A stretch of 27,181 bases of DNA from Leptolyngbyaceae cyanobacterium (lineage in GTDB: Bacteria; Cyanobacteriota; Cyanobacteriia; Phormidesmidales; Phormidesmidaceae). The stretch covers positions 1 through 27,181 of the forward strand of contig JBHJHA010000109.1 of assembly GCA_050331235.1 (NCBI GenBank). Reading direction: 5' to 3'. Position 1 is the stretch's first letter. Every line of letters begins with the position of its first letter. Made by a program: the position numbers and the translations under genes. The notes beneath the pieces were generated by a model. It was not told the DNA's origin. It saw only the letters and a list, made by a program, of their open reading frames with translations, and did not search any database. This document shows, piece by piece, positions 17,892 through 27,181 of this stretch.

Positions 17892-18890
17892 ATGAGCCTT
17901 ATGTCCATAACCAACAACCCGGCGATTGTCCAGCTTGACAACATTGGCGTGGCCTATCCAGATGGTAATGTGGCGCTTGAATCGATATCGCTACAGCTCT
18001 ATCGGGGGGAGTTCGCCGTTGTTTTAGGGGCCTCGGGAGCCGGTAAATCTACGCTGCTGCGAACGATTAATTGGCTCACCCCACCTAGCCGAGGGACGTT
18101 ATGGGTCAGGGGCCTGGGCGACGGCATAGGTCAGGGGCTGCACCCATTAAACGGTGGCGACACCGTGCGATCGCACCGTAGGCAAACCGGCATGATCTTT
18201 CAACAGCACCAGCTGATTGAGCGTCAGTCAGCTCTCCAAAATGTGCTCATGGGTCGGCTTGCCAACTATTCTTTCTGGCGCAGCCTGCTGCCTTTACCCC
18301 AGTCCGACCAGCGGCTCGCCATTGATTGTCTGCGGCGGGTGGGCCTGATTGATAAGGCCCTCACCCCCGTCAAAAATCTCAGCGGCGGCCAAAAACAGCG
18401 GGTGGGCATTGCCAGGGCCCTGGCCCAACAGCCCCGGCTAATCCTGGCTGATGAACCGATTGCGAGTCTCGATCCTGCTAGCGCCCATGGGGTGTTAGCG
18501 CTGCTGCGCACCATCTGTAAAACCGATGGCATTGCAGCGCTTTTAAGTCTACATCAGGTAGATTTTGCGATGGAGTATGGCGATCGCATTATCGGCTTGG
18601 CCCAGGGACGTGTCATTTTTGATGCGCCTCCCACCGAGGTGGGTGATCGTGACTTAGAGCAGATTTATCATCAGGCGCCAGGTCGAGCCCCTTTAGAACG
18701 GTCTGACGAAAAATTAGCACCTTCCTTTGCTCAGTCTTTGCAGCCTGATTTGAGGGAGGCCAAAGGTAAGTCGTCCCACCTCAAGCCACCGAGCTTCAGA
18801 ATAGTGTCAGGTCGGGTTAAGCAATCTCAAAAGCAATTAGTCATTAAGGCAGCGGTTTCCTGGGGGCAGCGGATTTCCCCGTCTTGGTAG
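17892..18890 (+). CDS. phnC: Phosphonate/phosphite ABC transporter ATP-binding protein (PtxA/PhnC) with atypical C-terminal extension
   Basis: GASGAGKST, GMIFQQHQLI.R.SALQNVL.GRL, LSGGQKQRVGIARAL, ILADEPIASLDP, SLHQV. Confidence 0.93.
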   Translation: MSLMSITNNPAIVQLDNIGVAYPDGNVALESISLQLYRGEFAVVLGASGAGKSTLLRTINWLTPPSRGTLWVRGLGDGIGQGLHPLNGGDTVRSHRRQTGMIFQQHQLIERQSALQNVLMGRLANYSFWRSLLPLPQSDQRLAIDCLRRVGLIDKALTPVKNLSGGQKQRVGIARALAQQPRLILADEPIASLDPASAHGVLALLRTICKTDGIAALLSLHQVDFAMEYGDRIIGLAQGRVIFDAPPTEVGDRDLEQIYHQAPGRAPLERSDEKLAPSFAQSLQPDLREAKGKSSHLKPPSFRIVSGRVKQSQKQLVIKAAVSWGQRISPSW

Positions 18891-18906
18891 CGGCTAGATT
18901 CCACTC

Positions 18907-18996
18907 AGTCGAGGTGTTCTAGACCCAACCCGCCCGTTTTGTCCCCTCCTTGGAGGGGACAAAGTTACTGGTGCAGCCAAAATCCTCATCTCGACT
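18907..18996. repeat. MITE/REP-like palindromic element
   Basis: Terminal IR agtcgaggtg / catctcgact (1 mismatch); internal perfect palindrome tttgtcccctcc-tt-ggaggggacaaa at 18938-18963. Confidence 0.6.
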
Positions 18997-19047
18997 TAGG
19001 TTTCAGATAGCTACACCGATTTTTGGGTTAGATTGATTCAGATTCAT

Positions 19048-20131
<1,084 letters not shown>

Positions 20132-20144
20132 TGCGTCTCGCCCT

Positions 20145-20969
20145 ATGAACATGACCAAAGACCCTATTGCTGATGAGTCTCTCCATCGTCTGCTGCGTCA
20201 ATACCAACGGGGATGGACGCGGCAATTAGTGCGGCTCCTCCTGTTGAGCAGCCTGATCGGCATCAGTTTTGTGGTGGTGGATCTGTTAGAGCTTGAGCGA
20301 TTGGTTGAGGGTATCCCGGCGATTGCCCAGCTCCTAGGGGAAATGCTGCCTCCAGATTTCAGCCGCTGGCGCCAGTGGATTAGGCCCATCGTTGAAACGC
20401 TGGCCATGAGTATTGCGGGCACTGCGATCGCGGTCGGTCTCTCCTTCCCGCTGTGCTTTTTGGCGGCTCGCAATACGACTCCGCACCCGGTACTCTTTCA
20501 CCTGACGCGGATAATCTTGAATATCGCTCGGGCCATTCCGGAACTCATTCTCGGGATGATTTTGGTTGCGGCGGTAGGGTTTGGCAAACTGCCGGGGACG
20601 CTAGCATTAGGTCTACATTCTGTGGGCATGGTGGGCAAATTTTTTGCGGAGACTATTGAGCTGAGCGATCCGGCTCCTGTGGAAGCGGCACGTTCCGTTG
20701 GGGCCACCGAACCCCAGGTAATTATCCACAGCGTATTGCCCCAGGTGTTTCCGCAGATGGCTGATGTGACCTTTTACCGATGGGAATACAATTTTCGGGC
20801 GTCGATGGTCTTAGGGGCAGTCGGGGCCGGAGGCATTGGCCTGGAAATCATTAGTGCCCTGAGAATTTTGCAATATCAGCAAGTTGCGGCACTGCTGATT
20901 GTGGTTTTAGTGATGGTGACCCTGGTCGATGGCTTGAGTAGCTATTGGAGAAAGGGTTTGGTCAAGTGA
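20145..20969 (+). CDS. phnE: Phosphonate/phosphite ABC permease (PtxC/PhnE)
   Basis: PPDFS, ETLAMSIAGT, AARNT, RAIPE, GKFFAE.IE, EAA..VGA, YRWEYNFRAS.VLG.VGAGGIG. Confidence 0.94.
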   Translation: MNMTKDPIADESLHRLLRQYQRGWTRQLVRLLLLSSLIGISFVVVDLLELERLVEGIPAIAQLLGEMLPPDFSRWRQWIRPIVETLAMSIAGTAIAVGLSFPLCFLAARNTTPHPVLFHLTRIILNIARAIPELILGMILVAAVGFGKLPGTLALGLHSVGMVGKFFAETIELSDPAPVEAARSVGATEPQVIIHSVLPQVFPQMADVTFYRWEYNFRASMVLGAVGAGGIGLEIISALRILQYQQVAALLIVVLVMVTLVDGLSSYWRKGLVK

Positions 20970-21145
20970 GGAGAGTATCGGTGGGAGCGGGCCCAAATTT
21001 GTGTCCATTTGTGGTTCCGCCGCACAGTCTGACATCGCCCTCTGAGTCCTATGCTGACCGCATCGAGGGGGCGTCAGCCAGGGCAGGCTTCAGACTTTTT
21101 TAGCATGGGTTGCCACGATTCGCAGCAATATGGTGTAGATTGATC

Positions 21146-21165
21146 GGGAACGATAATCATTCTCT
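21146..21165. promoter_or_regulatory. Zur/Fur-family box upstream of znuA
   Basis: gggaaCGATAATCATTCTCT resembles TGATAATNATTATCA; ~45 bp before the ATG. Confidence 0.75.
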
Positions 21166-21208
21166 ACTTATCGCACTCCTGTCTGCGGTAGCCAAAGGAG
21201 GATCGGCT

Positions 21209-22417
21209 ATGCCTAAACAGAATTTTCAAACCACATTTCAGCGCACTGCCTGGATGACCGTAGGGGCGATCGCCCTGAGTCTGGGCAGTTGTGCTGCCCC
21301 CTCGACTCCCAACGAAGTTGAATCTTCGGATGTTCCAGAGGCCGAGGTAGCCGCTGCGCCCGAAGACGCGTTACAGGTGGTGACGACCATTCTCCCCATC
21401 ACGCAGTTCACTACAGCCGTGGCTGGTGATCGCGCGGAAGTGGTGCAACTGCTGCCAACAAACGTCGGTCCCCACGAATATCAGGCTAAGCCAGGGGATG
21501 TTCAGGCGATCGCCAATGCTGATTTGCTGGTCAAAAATGGCCTGGAAATGGAGTTTTTCCTGGACGACATGGTCGAGAATGCGGGAAATGCTGAGTTGGT
21601 AATCATTGATTCCAGTGAAGGAATTACAACTTTGGCGGGTGCAGGTGACCACGGTCACGACCATGCCAAGGAAGATAGCCACGACCACGCGGAGGGTGAA
21701 GAGCATGATCATGCGGAAGGTGAAGCCCATGACCACGATCATGACCATGCTGAGGGCGAGGCCCATGCGGAAGGCGACGGGCACGACCACGCTGGAGAGG
21801 ACGCTCACGGACATGCCCATGGTGAATTTGACCCGCACGTTTGGCTAGACCCCAAACGGGCGATCGAGCAGGTAGAGAATATTCGCGATGGCTTGATTGC
21901 GGCTGATCCAGAAGGTGAGGCTGAGTACACTGCCAACGCAGAGGCCTTTATTGCCGAACTACAGGACCTGGATGCGGATATTAGCGAAAAGCTAGCTCCC
22001 TTTGAGGGGCAGACCTTTGTAGTGTTTCATGACTTTGCCGGTTACTTTGCCGACAGCTACGGACTGCAATCCGAATATTTGGTGGGAATCCCGGAAGAAA
22101 ATCCTTCACCGGAGGATGTCAAGCGGGTGATGGAAACAGTTCAGGCTCAGGGACTGAAGACCATCATGACCGAACCCCAGGCCAGCCAAGAATCCTTTGA
22201 TGCGATCGCGGGTGATTTGGGTATCAACGTTAGTGTATTTGACCCCGTTGCTACTGGTGATGCTGCTGCAACCCAACCCGACTACTACCTCACCACCATG
22301 CGCCAAAACGCTGATAATCTCGTGGTGAGCTTTGACACGGGCAATCAGTCCTGGTTGCCCCACATGCTGCCCCAACCAATCGCGATGGTGCCGCAGCATG
22401 TGGGGCGGCGGTTTTGA
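21209..22417 (+). CDS. znuA: Zn/Mn ABC substrate-binding lipoprotein (ZnuA-like) with long His/acidic loop
   Basis: AAGGAGG RBS; lipobox SLGSC; GPHEY, DPHVWLDP, VFHD ligand motifs; 17 His in the ~59-aa HDHAEGE-repeat loop. Confidence 0.92.
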   Translation: MPKQNFQTTFQRTAWMTVGAIALSLGSCAAPSTPNEVESSDVPEAEVAAAPEDALQVVTTILPITQFTTAVAGDRAEVVQLLPTNVGPHEYQAKPGDVQAIANADLLVKNGLEMEFFLDDMVENAGNAELVIIDSSEGITTLAGAGDHGHDHAKEDSHDHAEGEEHDHAEGEAHDHDHDHAEGEAHAEGDGHDHAGEDAHGHAHGEFDPHVWLDPKRAIEQVENIRDGLIAADPEGEAEYTANAEAFIAELQDLDADISEKLAPFEGQTFVVFHDFAGYFADSYGLQSEYLVGIPEENPSPEDVKRVMETVQAQGLKTIMTEPQASQESFDAIAGDLGINVSVFDPVATGDAAATQPDYYLTTMRQNADNLVVSFDTGNQSWLPHMLPQPIAMVPQHVGRRF

Positions 22418-22452
22418 GTCATGAGTTCCTTGGGGCGATCGGGAGTCAGTAT

Positions 22453-23241
22453 TTGAACGATCCGGTTTTAGTCGTGCAGGGATTAACGGTGTATCGCGGG
22501 GAGCATCCAGCGGTACAAGAAGTTTCGTTTGCGGTACCGGCAGGCACCGATACTGCGATTATTGGTCCTAACGGAGCGGGAAAAAGTACCTTAATCCAGG
22601 CGGTGTTGGGGATTTTGCCCCATCAAGCTGGGCAGGTTTCCGTGCTCGGTCAGGTCTTGTCAGATAGCGGGCACCTACCCCCAGCGGTGCGACAGCAGAT
22701 CGCCTATCTACCCCAAAGCTTTTTGTTTGATCGTCGCATTCCCATCACTGTGTCGGAATTGGTGGGTTTGGGTTGGGATCGTATTGGGCCACAACTGCCC
22801 TGGGTCGGGGGCCGAGCGCGTCGCCAGGCGGTACGTGCGGCGCTGACTCGGGTGGAAGCCTGGCATCTGCGCGAGCAGCTGGTGAGCAGTTTGTCTGGCG
22901 GAGAGACTAAACGGGTCTTACTCGCGTATTGTCTGGTGCGTCCCCGTTCTCTGTTGATTCTCGATGAGGCTCCGGCGGGACTCGATGTTCGGGGAGAGTC
23001 GGAGTTTTATCAGTTGCTTTATCAATTCAAGCAAGAGCAGGGCTGGGCTATTTTGCAGATTTCCCACGACCTGGATATGGTCCGTCGTAGTTGCGATCGC
23101 GTCCTTTGCATTAACCGCCGACTCCTGTGCCAGGGACCGCCCGACCATGCCCTCGCCCCCGAGCAGTTGGCCCTGGCTTACGGGCCAGATTTCGTGCGCT
23201 ATCACCATACCTGTCACCTGCCTCATCATCATGATCATTGA
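22453..23241 (+). CDS. znuC: Metal ABC transporter ATP-binding protein (ZnuC-like)
   Basis: GPNGAGKST, AYLPQ, LSGGE.KRVLLA, LDE, ISHDL, His-rich tail. Start TTG 22453 (GGGAG upstream) or 22414. Confidence 0.92.
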   Translation: MNDPVLVVQGLTVYRGEHPAVQEVSFAVPAGTDTAIIGPNGAGKSTLIQAVLGILPHQAGQVSVLGQVLSDSGHLPPAVRQQIAYLPQSFLFDRRIPITVSELVGLGWDRIGPQLPWVGGRARRQAVRAALTRVEAWHLREQLVSSLSGGETKRVLLAYCLVRPRSLLILDEAPAGLDVRGESEFYQLLYQFKQEQGWAILQISHDLDMVRRSCDRVLCINRRLLCQGPPDHALAPEQLALAYGPDFVRYHHTCHLPHHHDH

Positions 23242-24070
23242 CGCTGAAATCGCCCGCGTGCTCGAACTGTTTCAACTGCCCTTTATGCAGCGGGCGCTGA
23301 TGGGCGGCGTGTTGACTGGCCTGATGGGGGGGCTACTGGGTAGTTTCACGATTCTGCGGCAGCTTTCCTTCTTTAGCGATGCCCTGGGAGAGTCGGCCCT
23401 CCTGGGTATTGGCATGGGTTTACTGCTAGGGTTAGATCCGGCCTGGGTGCTGCTGCCCTTTGCCGTGGTGTTTGCCCTCGGGGTGGCCTACTTTTTGGAG
23501 CGAACTCACCTCTGGACCGATGCCCTGCTGAATATCGTGTGTTCTTCCTCCTTGGCCTTAGGCATCATTTTGCTGAGCTTTCGTGATGAATACCAGGGGG
23601 GCATCAACAACCTGCTGTTTGGCGATATTCTGGCAGTAAGAACCACCGACTTGATTTTCAGCACCATCCTGTTGGGGATATGCGTTGGGTTTATTGGTTT
23701 AACGCTGCGATCGCAAATTCTCTTGACCCTCCACGAACCGATGGCGATGGCTCGGGGGGTCAACGTCTCGGCCCAGCGTACCGCCTTCATTGTTCTCCTT
23801 TCTCTGGTGGTGGGTATCTCCATCAAAGCGATTGGGGTGCTACTGATCAGCGCCTTTATCGTTATTCCTGCCAGTGCCGCTCGCCTGCTCAGCCGTCAAT
23901 TTACCCACTACATTCTCATCTCCGCGGGGTTAGGGGCCATCAGTGCGGTCATCGGCATGCTCCTGTCGGCGCTGTTTGACCTCCCCTCTGGTCCTAGTAT
24001 TGTCGCTGTGCAATTGGGAACTTTTCTGCTGGCTACTCTGATTCCTGCCGCCCGTGCGATCGCGCCATAA
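23231..24070 (+). CDS. znuB: Metal ABC transporter permease (ZnuB-like, ABC-3)
   Basis: PFMQRAL, LRQLSFFSDALG, LLFGDIL, IGVLLISAF.VIPA.AARL, D.PSGPSIV; overlaps the znuC end. Confidence 0.92.
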   Translation: MIIDAEIARVLELFQLPFMQRALMGGVLTGLMGGLLGSFTILRQLSFFSDALGESALLGIGMGLLLGLDPAWVLLPFAVVFALGVAYFLERTHLWTDALLNIVCSSSLALGIILLSFRDEYQGGINNLLFGDILAVRTTDLIFSTILLGICVGFIGLTLRSQILLTLHEPMAMARGVNVSAQRTAFIVLLSLVVGISIKAIGVLLISAFIVIPASAARLLSRQFTHYILISAGLGAISAVIGMLLSALFDLPSGPSIVAVQLGTFLLATLIPAARAIAP

Positions 24071-24179
24071 TCCAATACACGGTAATGTGCTACTTCATAT
24101 CAAGTCTGGTAGTAAAGCCATAAATTTAGCGTTAGAGTGAATCCACAGCCATAACCGAAAAAGTCCTGAGACGCTGTCG

Positions 24180-24231
24180 ACTGTTGCCACCTGAACATCA
24201 GGATTACTACGGATGTTCAGGTGGCAACAGT
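24180..24231. repeat. Perfect 20-bp inverted repeat with 12-nt spacer
   Basis: actgttgccacctgaacatc - aggattactacg - gatgttcaggtggcaacagt. Confidence 0.9.
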
Positions 24232-24382
24232 TACTCAAATTTACGCAATATGTCAGGAAAATGCTGATTTTACACTTGTTTCTGATTGATATAGCTCTTG
24301 TTTTTGACTAGTGGGAACACTGTCTGTGAACTCAAAGAAACCTTCTTTGCTTGAGCCAGAACACTTCAACAGTTGAAAGAGA

Positions 24383-26683
24383 ATGAAGTCAGACCAGTCT
24401 ACCCATCAGTGCTTTAAACTGCCGCTGCAGATGCTCTTAATTGTGCCGTTTGTCGTGCAAATATTTGCAGTCGTGGGGACAGTGGGCTATCTCTCTTTCC
24501 GCAATAGCCGTCAGGCAATTGACAATCTAGCTGACTCCCTAATCGATAAAACCAATACTTCTGTTGCCGATCACCTAGAGAGCTATCTCTCTGTGCCCCA
24601 TCGCCTCAATCGCATCAATGCCGATGCTATTCGTACGGGCGTCTTAGATGTCAACGATCCAGAGCAGGTTACCCAGTTTTTTTGGAGCCAGATGCAGGCC
24701 TATGACCTGACCTATATTGGCTACGGTCTCACCGACGGCAACGGAGCTGGGGCGGCAAAGTACGACGGTGAGACTGTAACTGTAGAAGAATGGGGGAGTG
24801 AATTACCCGACAACGTGGTTAGTTACGCCACCGATAACCAGGGCAGGCGGACAGGCGTGAATGCCACTTGGAGTTACGACCTTTTTAGCGAAGCCTGGTA
24901 CACTCAGCCGATCGCAGCAGGTAAACCAACCTGGTCTAAGATTTACGTCTGGGCGTCATCCGGCGATACCCCTTACATCTCAGCTTCCGCTGGGCGCCCT
25001 GTTTACAATGCCAACAATCAGCTGTTAGGCATGGTTGCCGTCGATATCCACCTGTTGAAACTGAGTGATTTTTTACAGGATATGGATATCAGTCCTTCCG
25101 GTCAAATTTTCATCATGGATCGCGAGGGTATGCTGATCGCAAATTCTGGTGATTATCCTCCATTTAGGGGCCAAGGCGAAGATATTCAGCGCATAGATGT
25201 GTTGGAAAGTGCTGACCCTGTCGTCCAGGAGGTGGGCCTAGCGCTGCGGAACGAGGCTGAAAACTGGCAGCAAGTCACCACCAGCCAAGCACTGAAGTTA
25301 GACCTGCAAGGGGAGCAAAACTATGTGCGGATGGAGCCCTGGCAGGATGAGTATGGGCTTGACTGGGTAGTTGTGACCGTCGTGCCTGAGTCTGACTTTA
25401 TGGCGGAGATTAATGCTAATACCCGCATGACTATTTTGCTCTGTATCGGGGCTCTGACCATTGCCACGGTATTAGGCATTTACACGTCTCGGCGCATCAC
25501 GCAACCAATCTGGAAGCTGAGTCAAGCTAGTCAGACGCTGGCGGCGTCTGCTCGCGATCGCTTTACCACCCACAGCCATACGGCTACGGCAGAGCCCCAA
25601 ACGCCCCTAAATATTAATCTTGACCAGGCCGGTATTCGTGAATTAGATGCGCTGGCTGATTCTTTTACTCAAATGGCGCAACAGCTCCAGGAAACCTTTG
25701 GGGAATTAGAAACGCTAAATGAGGAACTAGAAGATCGAGTAGAATTGCGCACGCAAGAACTTAAGACGGCCCTGCGAGAGCTACACCAGACCCAAGCTCA
25801 GATGCTGCAAAGTGAAAAAATGTCAGCTTTGGGGCAGATGGTAGCGGGCATTGCCCATGAGATCAACAACCCCATCAACTTTATCTTTGGCAACCTCAGC
25901 CATGCCCAGACTTACGTTAGTGATTTACTAGAACTACTGGAACTGTATCAACAAAAGCAGGCCGACTCCGATCCAGAGATTGATGACTTGGCCGACTTGA
26001 TTGATCTCGACTTTTTGGCTGAAGACCTGCCTAAATTAATTCGCTCGATGCGGGTCGGTTCTGATCGCATTCGTGAAATCGTAATGTCTTTGCGCAACTT
26101 CTCACGGCTAGATGAGGCGGAAGTCAAAGAAGCTAACATTCACGATGGCATTGATAGCACCTTAATGATTTTGCGCCATCGCACCAAGGCCAAACCGGAT
26201 CAACCCGCGATAGAAATCATTAAGGATTACGACACGCTGCCGCCGGTGGAGTGTTATCCCGGCCAGCTTAATCAGGTGCTGATGAACATTCTCTCGAATG
26301 CGATTGATGCTTTGGAAGCGGGGGTGGCTTCGGCAAGGACTGCCGAGGGCGATGCCAACACTGCCGTTGAGCCGCCGGTCATTAGTATTCAAACTCGCCA
26401 GACCAACGATGACTCAGTGATCATCACTATTCAAGATAATGGCCCGGGGGTTCCGGCAGAGATTGGTGATCGCCTATTTGAGCCTTTCTTTACGACTAAG
26501 CCAGTGGGCAAGGGCACCGGCATGGGGATGGCCATTAGCTACGACATTATTGTCCACCGGCATCACGGGTATTTGACTTACACTTCAAAGCCTGGAGTAG
26601 GCACTGAATTTGTCATCGAAATTCCTATCTACCAGGCCCAATTTTCCCCAAAGCAGCAGGCTGTTGCCACTAAAGAGGCTTAG
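24383..26683 (+). CDS. Membrane sensor histidine kinase (Cache-type periplasmic domain, HAMP, HisKA, HATPase)
   Basis: Two TMs; WY...GKPTWS.IY Cache motif; QSEKMSALGQMVAGIAHEINNP; LNQVLMNILSNAIDA; DNGPG; FEPFFTTKPVGKGTG.G. Confidence 0.95.
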   Translation: MKSDQSTHQCFKLPLQMLLIVPFVVQIFAVVGTVGYLSFRNSRQAIDNLADSLIDKTNTSVADHLESYLSVPHRLNRINADAIRTGVLDVNDPEQVTQFFWSQMQAYDLTYIGYGLTDGNGAGAAKYDGETVTVEEWGSELPDNVVSYATDNQGRRTGVNATWSYDLFSEAWYTQPIAAGKPTWSKIYVWASSGDTPYISASAGRPVYNANNQLLGMVAVDIHLLKLSDFLQDMDISPSGQIFIMDREGMLIANSGDYPPFRGQGEDIQRIDVLESADPVVQEVGLALRNEAENWQQVTTSQALKLDLQGEQNYVRMEPWQDEYGLDWVVVTVVPESDFMAEINANTRMTILLCIGALTIATVLGIYTSRRITQPIWKLSQASQTLAASARDRFTTHSHTATAEPQTPLNINLDQAGIRELDALADSFTQMAQQLQETFGELETLNEELEDRVELRTQELKTALRELHQTQAQMLQSEKMSALGQMVAGIAHEINNPINFIFGNLSHAQTYVSDLLELLELYQQKQADSDPEIDDLADLIDLDFLAEDLPKLIRSMRVGSDRIREIVMSLRNFSRLDEAEVKEANIHDGIDSTLMILRHRTKAKPDQPAIEIIKDYDTLPPVECYPGQLNQVLMNILSNAIDALEAGVASARTAEGDANTAVEPPVISIQTRQTNDDSVIITIQDNGPGVPAEIGDRLFEPFFTTKPVGKGTGMGMAISYDIIVHRHHGYLTYTSKPGVGTEFVIEIPIYQAQFSPKQQAVATKEA

Positions 26684-27042
26684 GGCCACGATCTGTTGCC
26701 ACCGAAGGTCGCGCGATCGCTCTAGGCGGAGTAATACCAAACAAATCGAGGATCCCCCACTGTCACCGCCTCCTCTAAGGGGATAAAAGGAGCTAATTCA
26801 CCATCTTGATTTTGCTGCCCACCTTTTGCCAGGAGAGTTGGGGGATCGCTCTAGCAAATGCATCTGTAATCCAGCTTCAGAGAATTGGCACAACGTCAGC
26901 TAGCCCGCTTTCATTACTCTTGATGGAGAAATACTAAGCCCGGATGCTCTCGGCCTGCTCAGCGGCTGACACACGACTTGGCATGTTCTGAAGAAAGAAA
27001 AAGAGCTGTGGGTTTGCCGTGCTAGAAACGCTGCATGCGTAA

Positions 27043-27181
27043 ACGTCAGTTCGACGAGTTAAAAGATGGCTTCAGGGAGCGCCGACAAGCCTTTGAACTC
27101 TAGGTCTAAGGCGGGTTTCTTCTCTTGATAGGTATAAGCCACCAAGGCCGCCAGAGTATTGACCAGGAAATTGAACGGGCT
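27043..27181 (-). mobile_element. Right end of an IS982-family insertion sequence (truncated by window)
   Basis: Candidate terminal IR ACGTCAGTTCGACG at 27043-27056, immediately after the transposase stop. Confidence 0.8.
27059..27181 (-). CDS. IS982-family transposase, C-terminal fragment
   Basis: Manual translation SPFNFLVNTLAALVAYTYQEKKPALDLEFKGLSALPEAIF*, matching the IS982 S..NF.VN..A.L.AY...KKP.L C-terminus. Confidence 0.85.
   Translation of the reverse strand, partial: SPFNFLVNTLAALVAYTYQEKKPALDLEFKGLSALPEAIF

Noticed and set aside
20970..21080. Remnant of ptxD after ptxC
   Set aside because: No convincing similarity in the frames examined; only an imperfect hairpin (21029-21077).
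26722..27040. Gene fragment disrupted by IS982 (GQQNQDGELAPFIPLEEAVTVGDPRFVWYYSA*)
   Set aside because: Short, closed by an upstream in-frame stop, no recognisable family; cannot be supported without a search.

Overview
Cyanobacterial chromosomal window: GC-moderate, with many HIP1 GCGATCGC octamers from ~1180 onward. Bases 1-1000 are an AT-rich, HIP1-free island edge anchored on tRNA-Phe(GAA). It holds a degenerate copy of the tRNA 3' half exactly 600 bp away, a small ORF between the two copies, and a stop-interrupted ORF resembling an ApeA-type N-terminal domain. Core genes follow: PPC-domain protein, several hypotheticals, moeA, a three-gene unknown-function operon, sirohydrochlorin chelatase-cobA behind a structured leader, and def. 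From ~12 to 24 kb lies a nutrient-scavenging cluster. It has a Pho-box-preceded giant ExeM/NucH-type nuclease with an unrecognised tandem C-terminal domain, a pentapeptide-repeat protein, a phosphite-type PtxABC transporter with no adjacent ptxD and palindromic repeats in its ptxA-ptxB spacer, and a Zur-box-preceded ZnuACB. The window ends with a perfect 20-bp palindrome, an orphan Cache-domain histidine kinase and the right end of an IS982-family element. All assignments come from motif recognition by eye; no searches were run.
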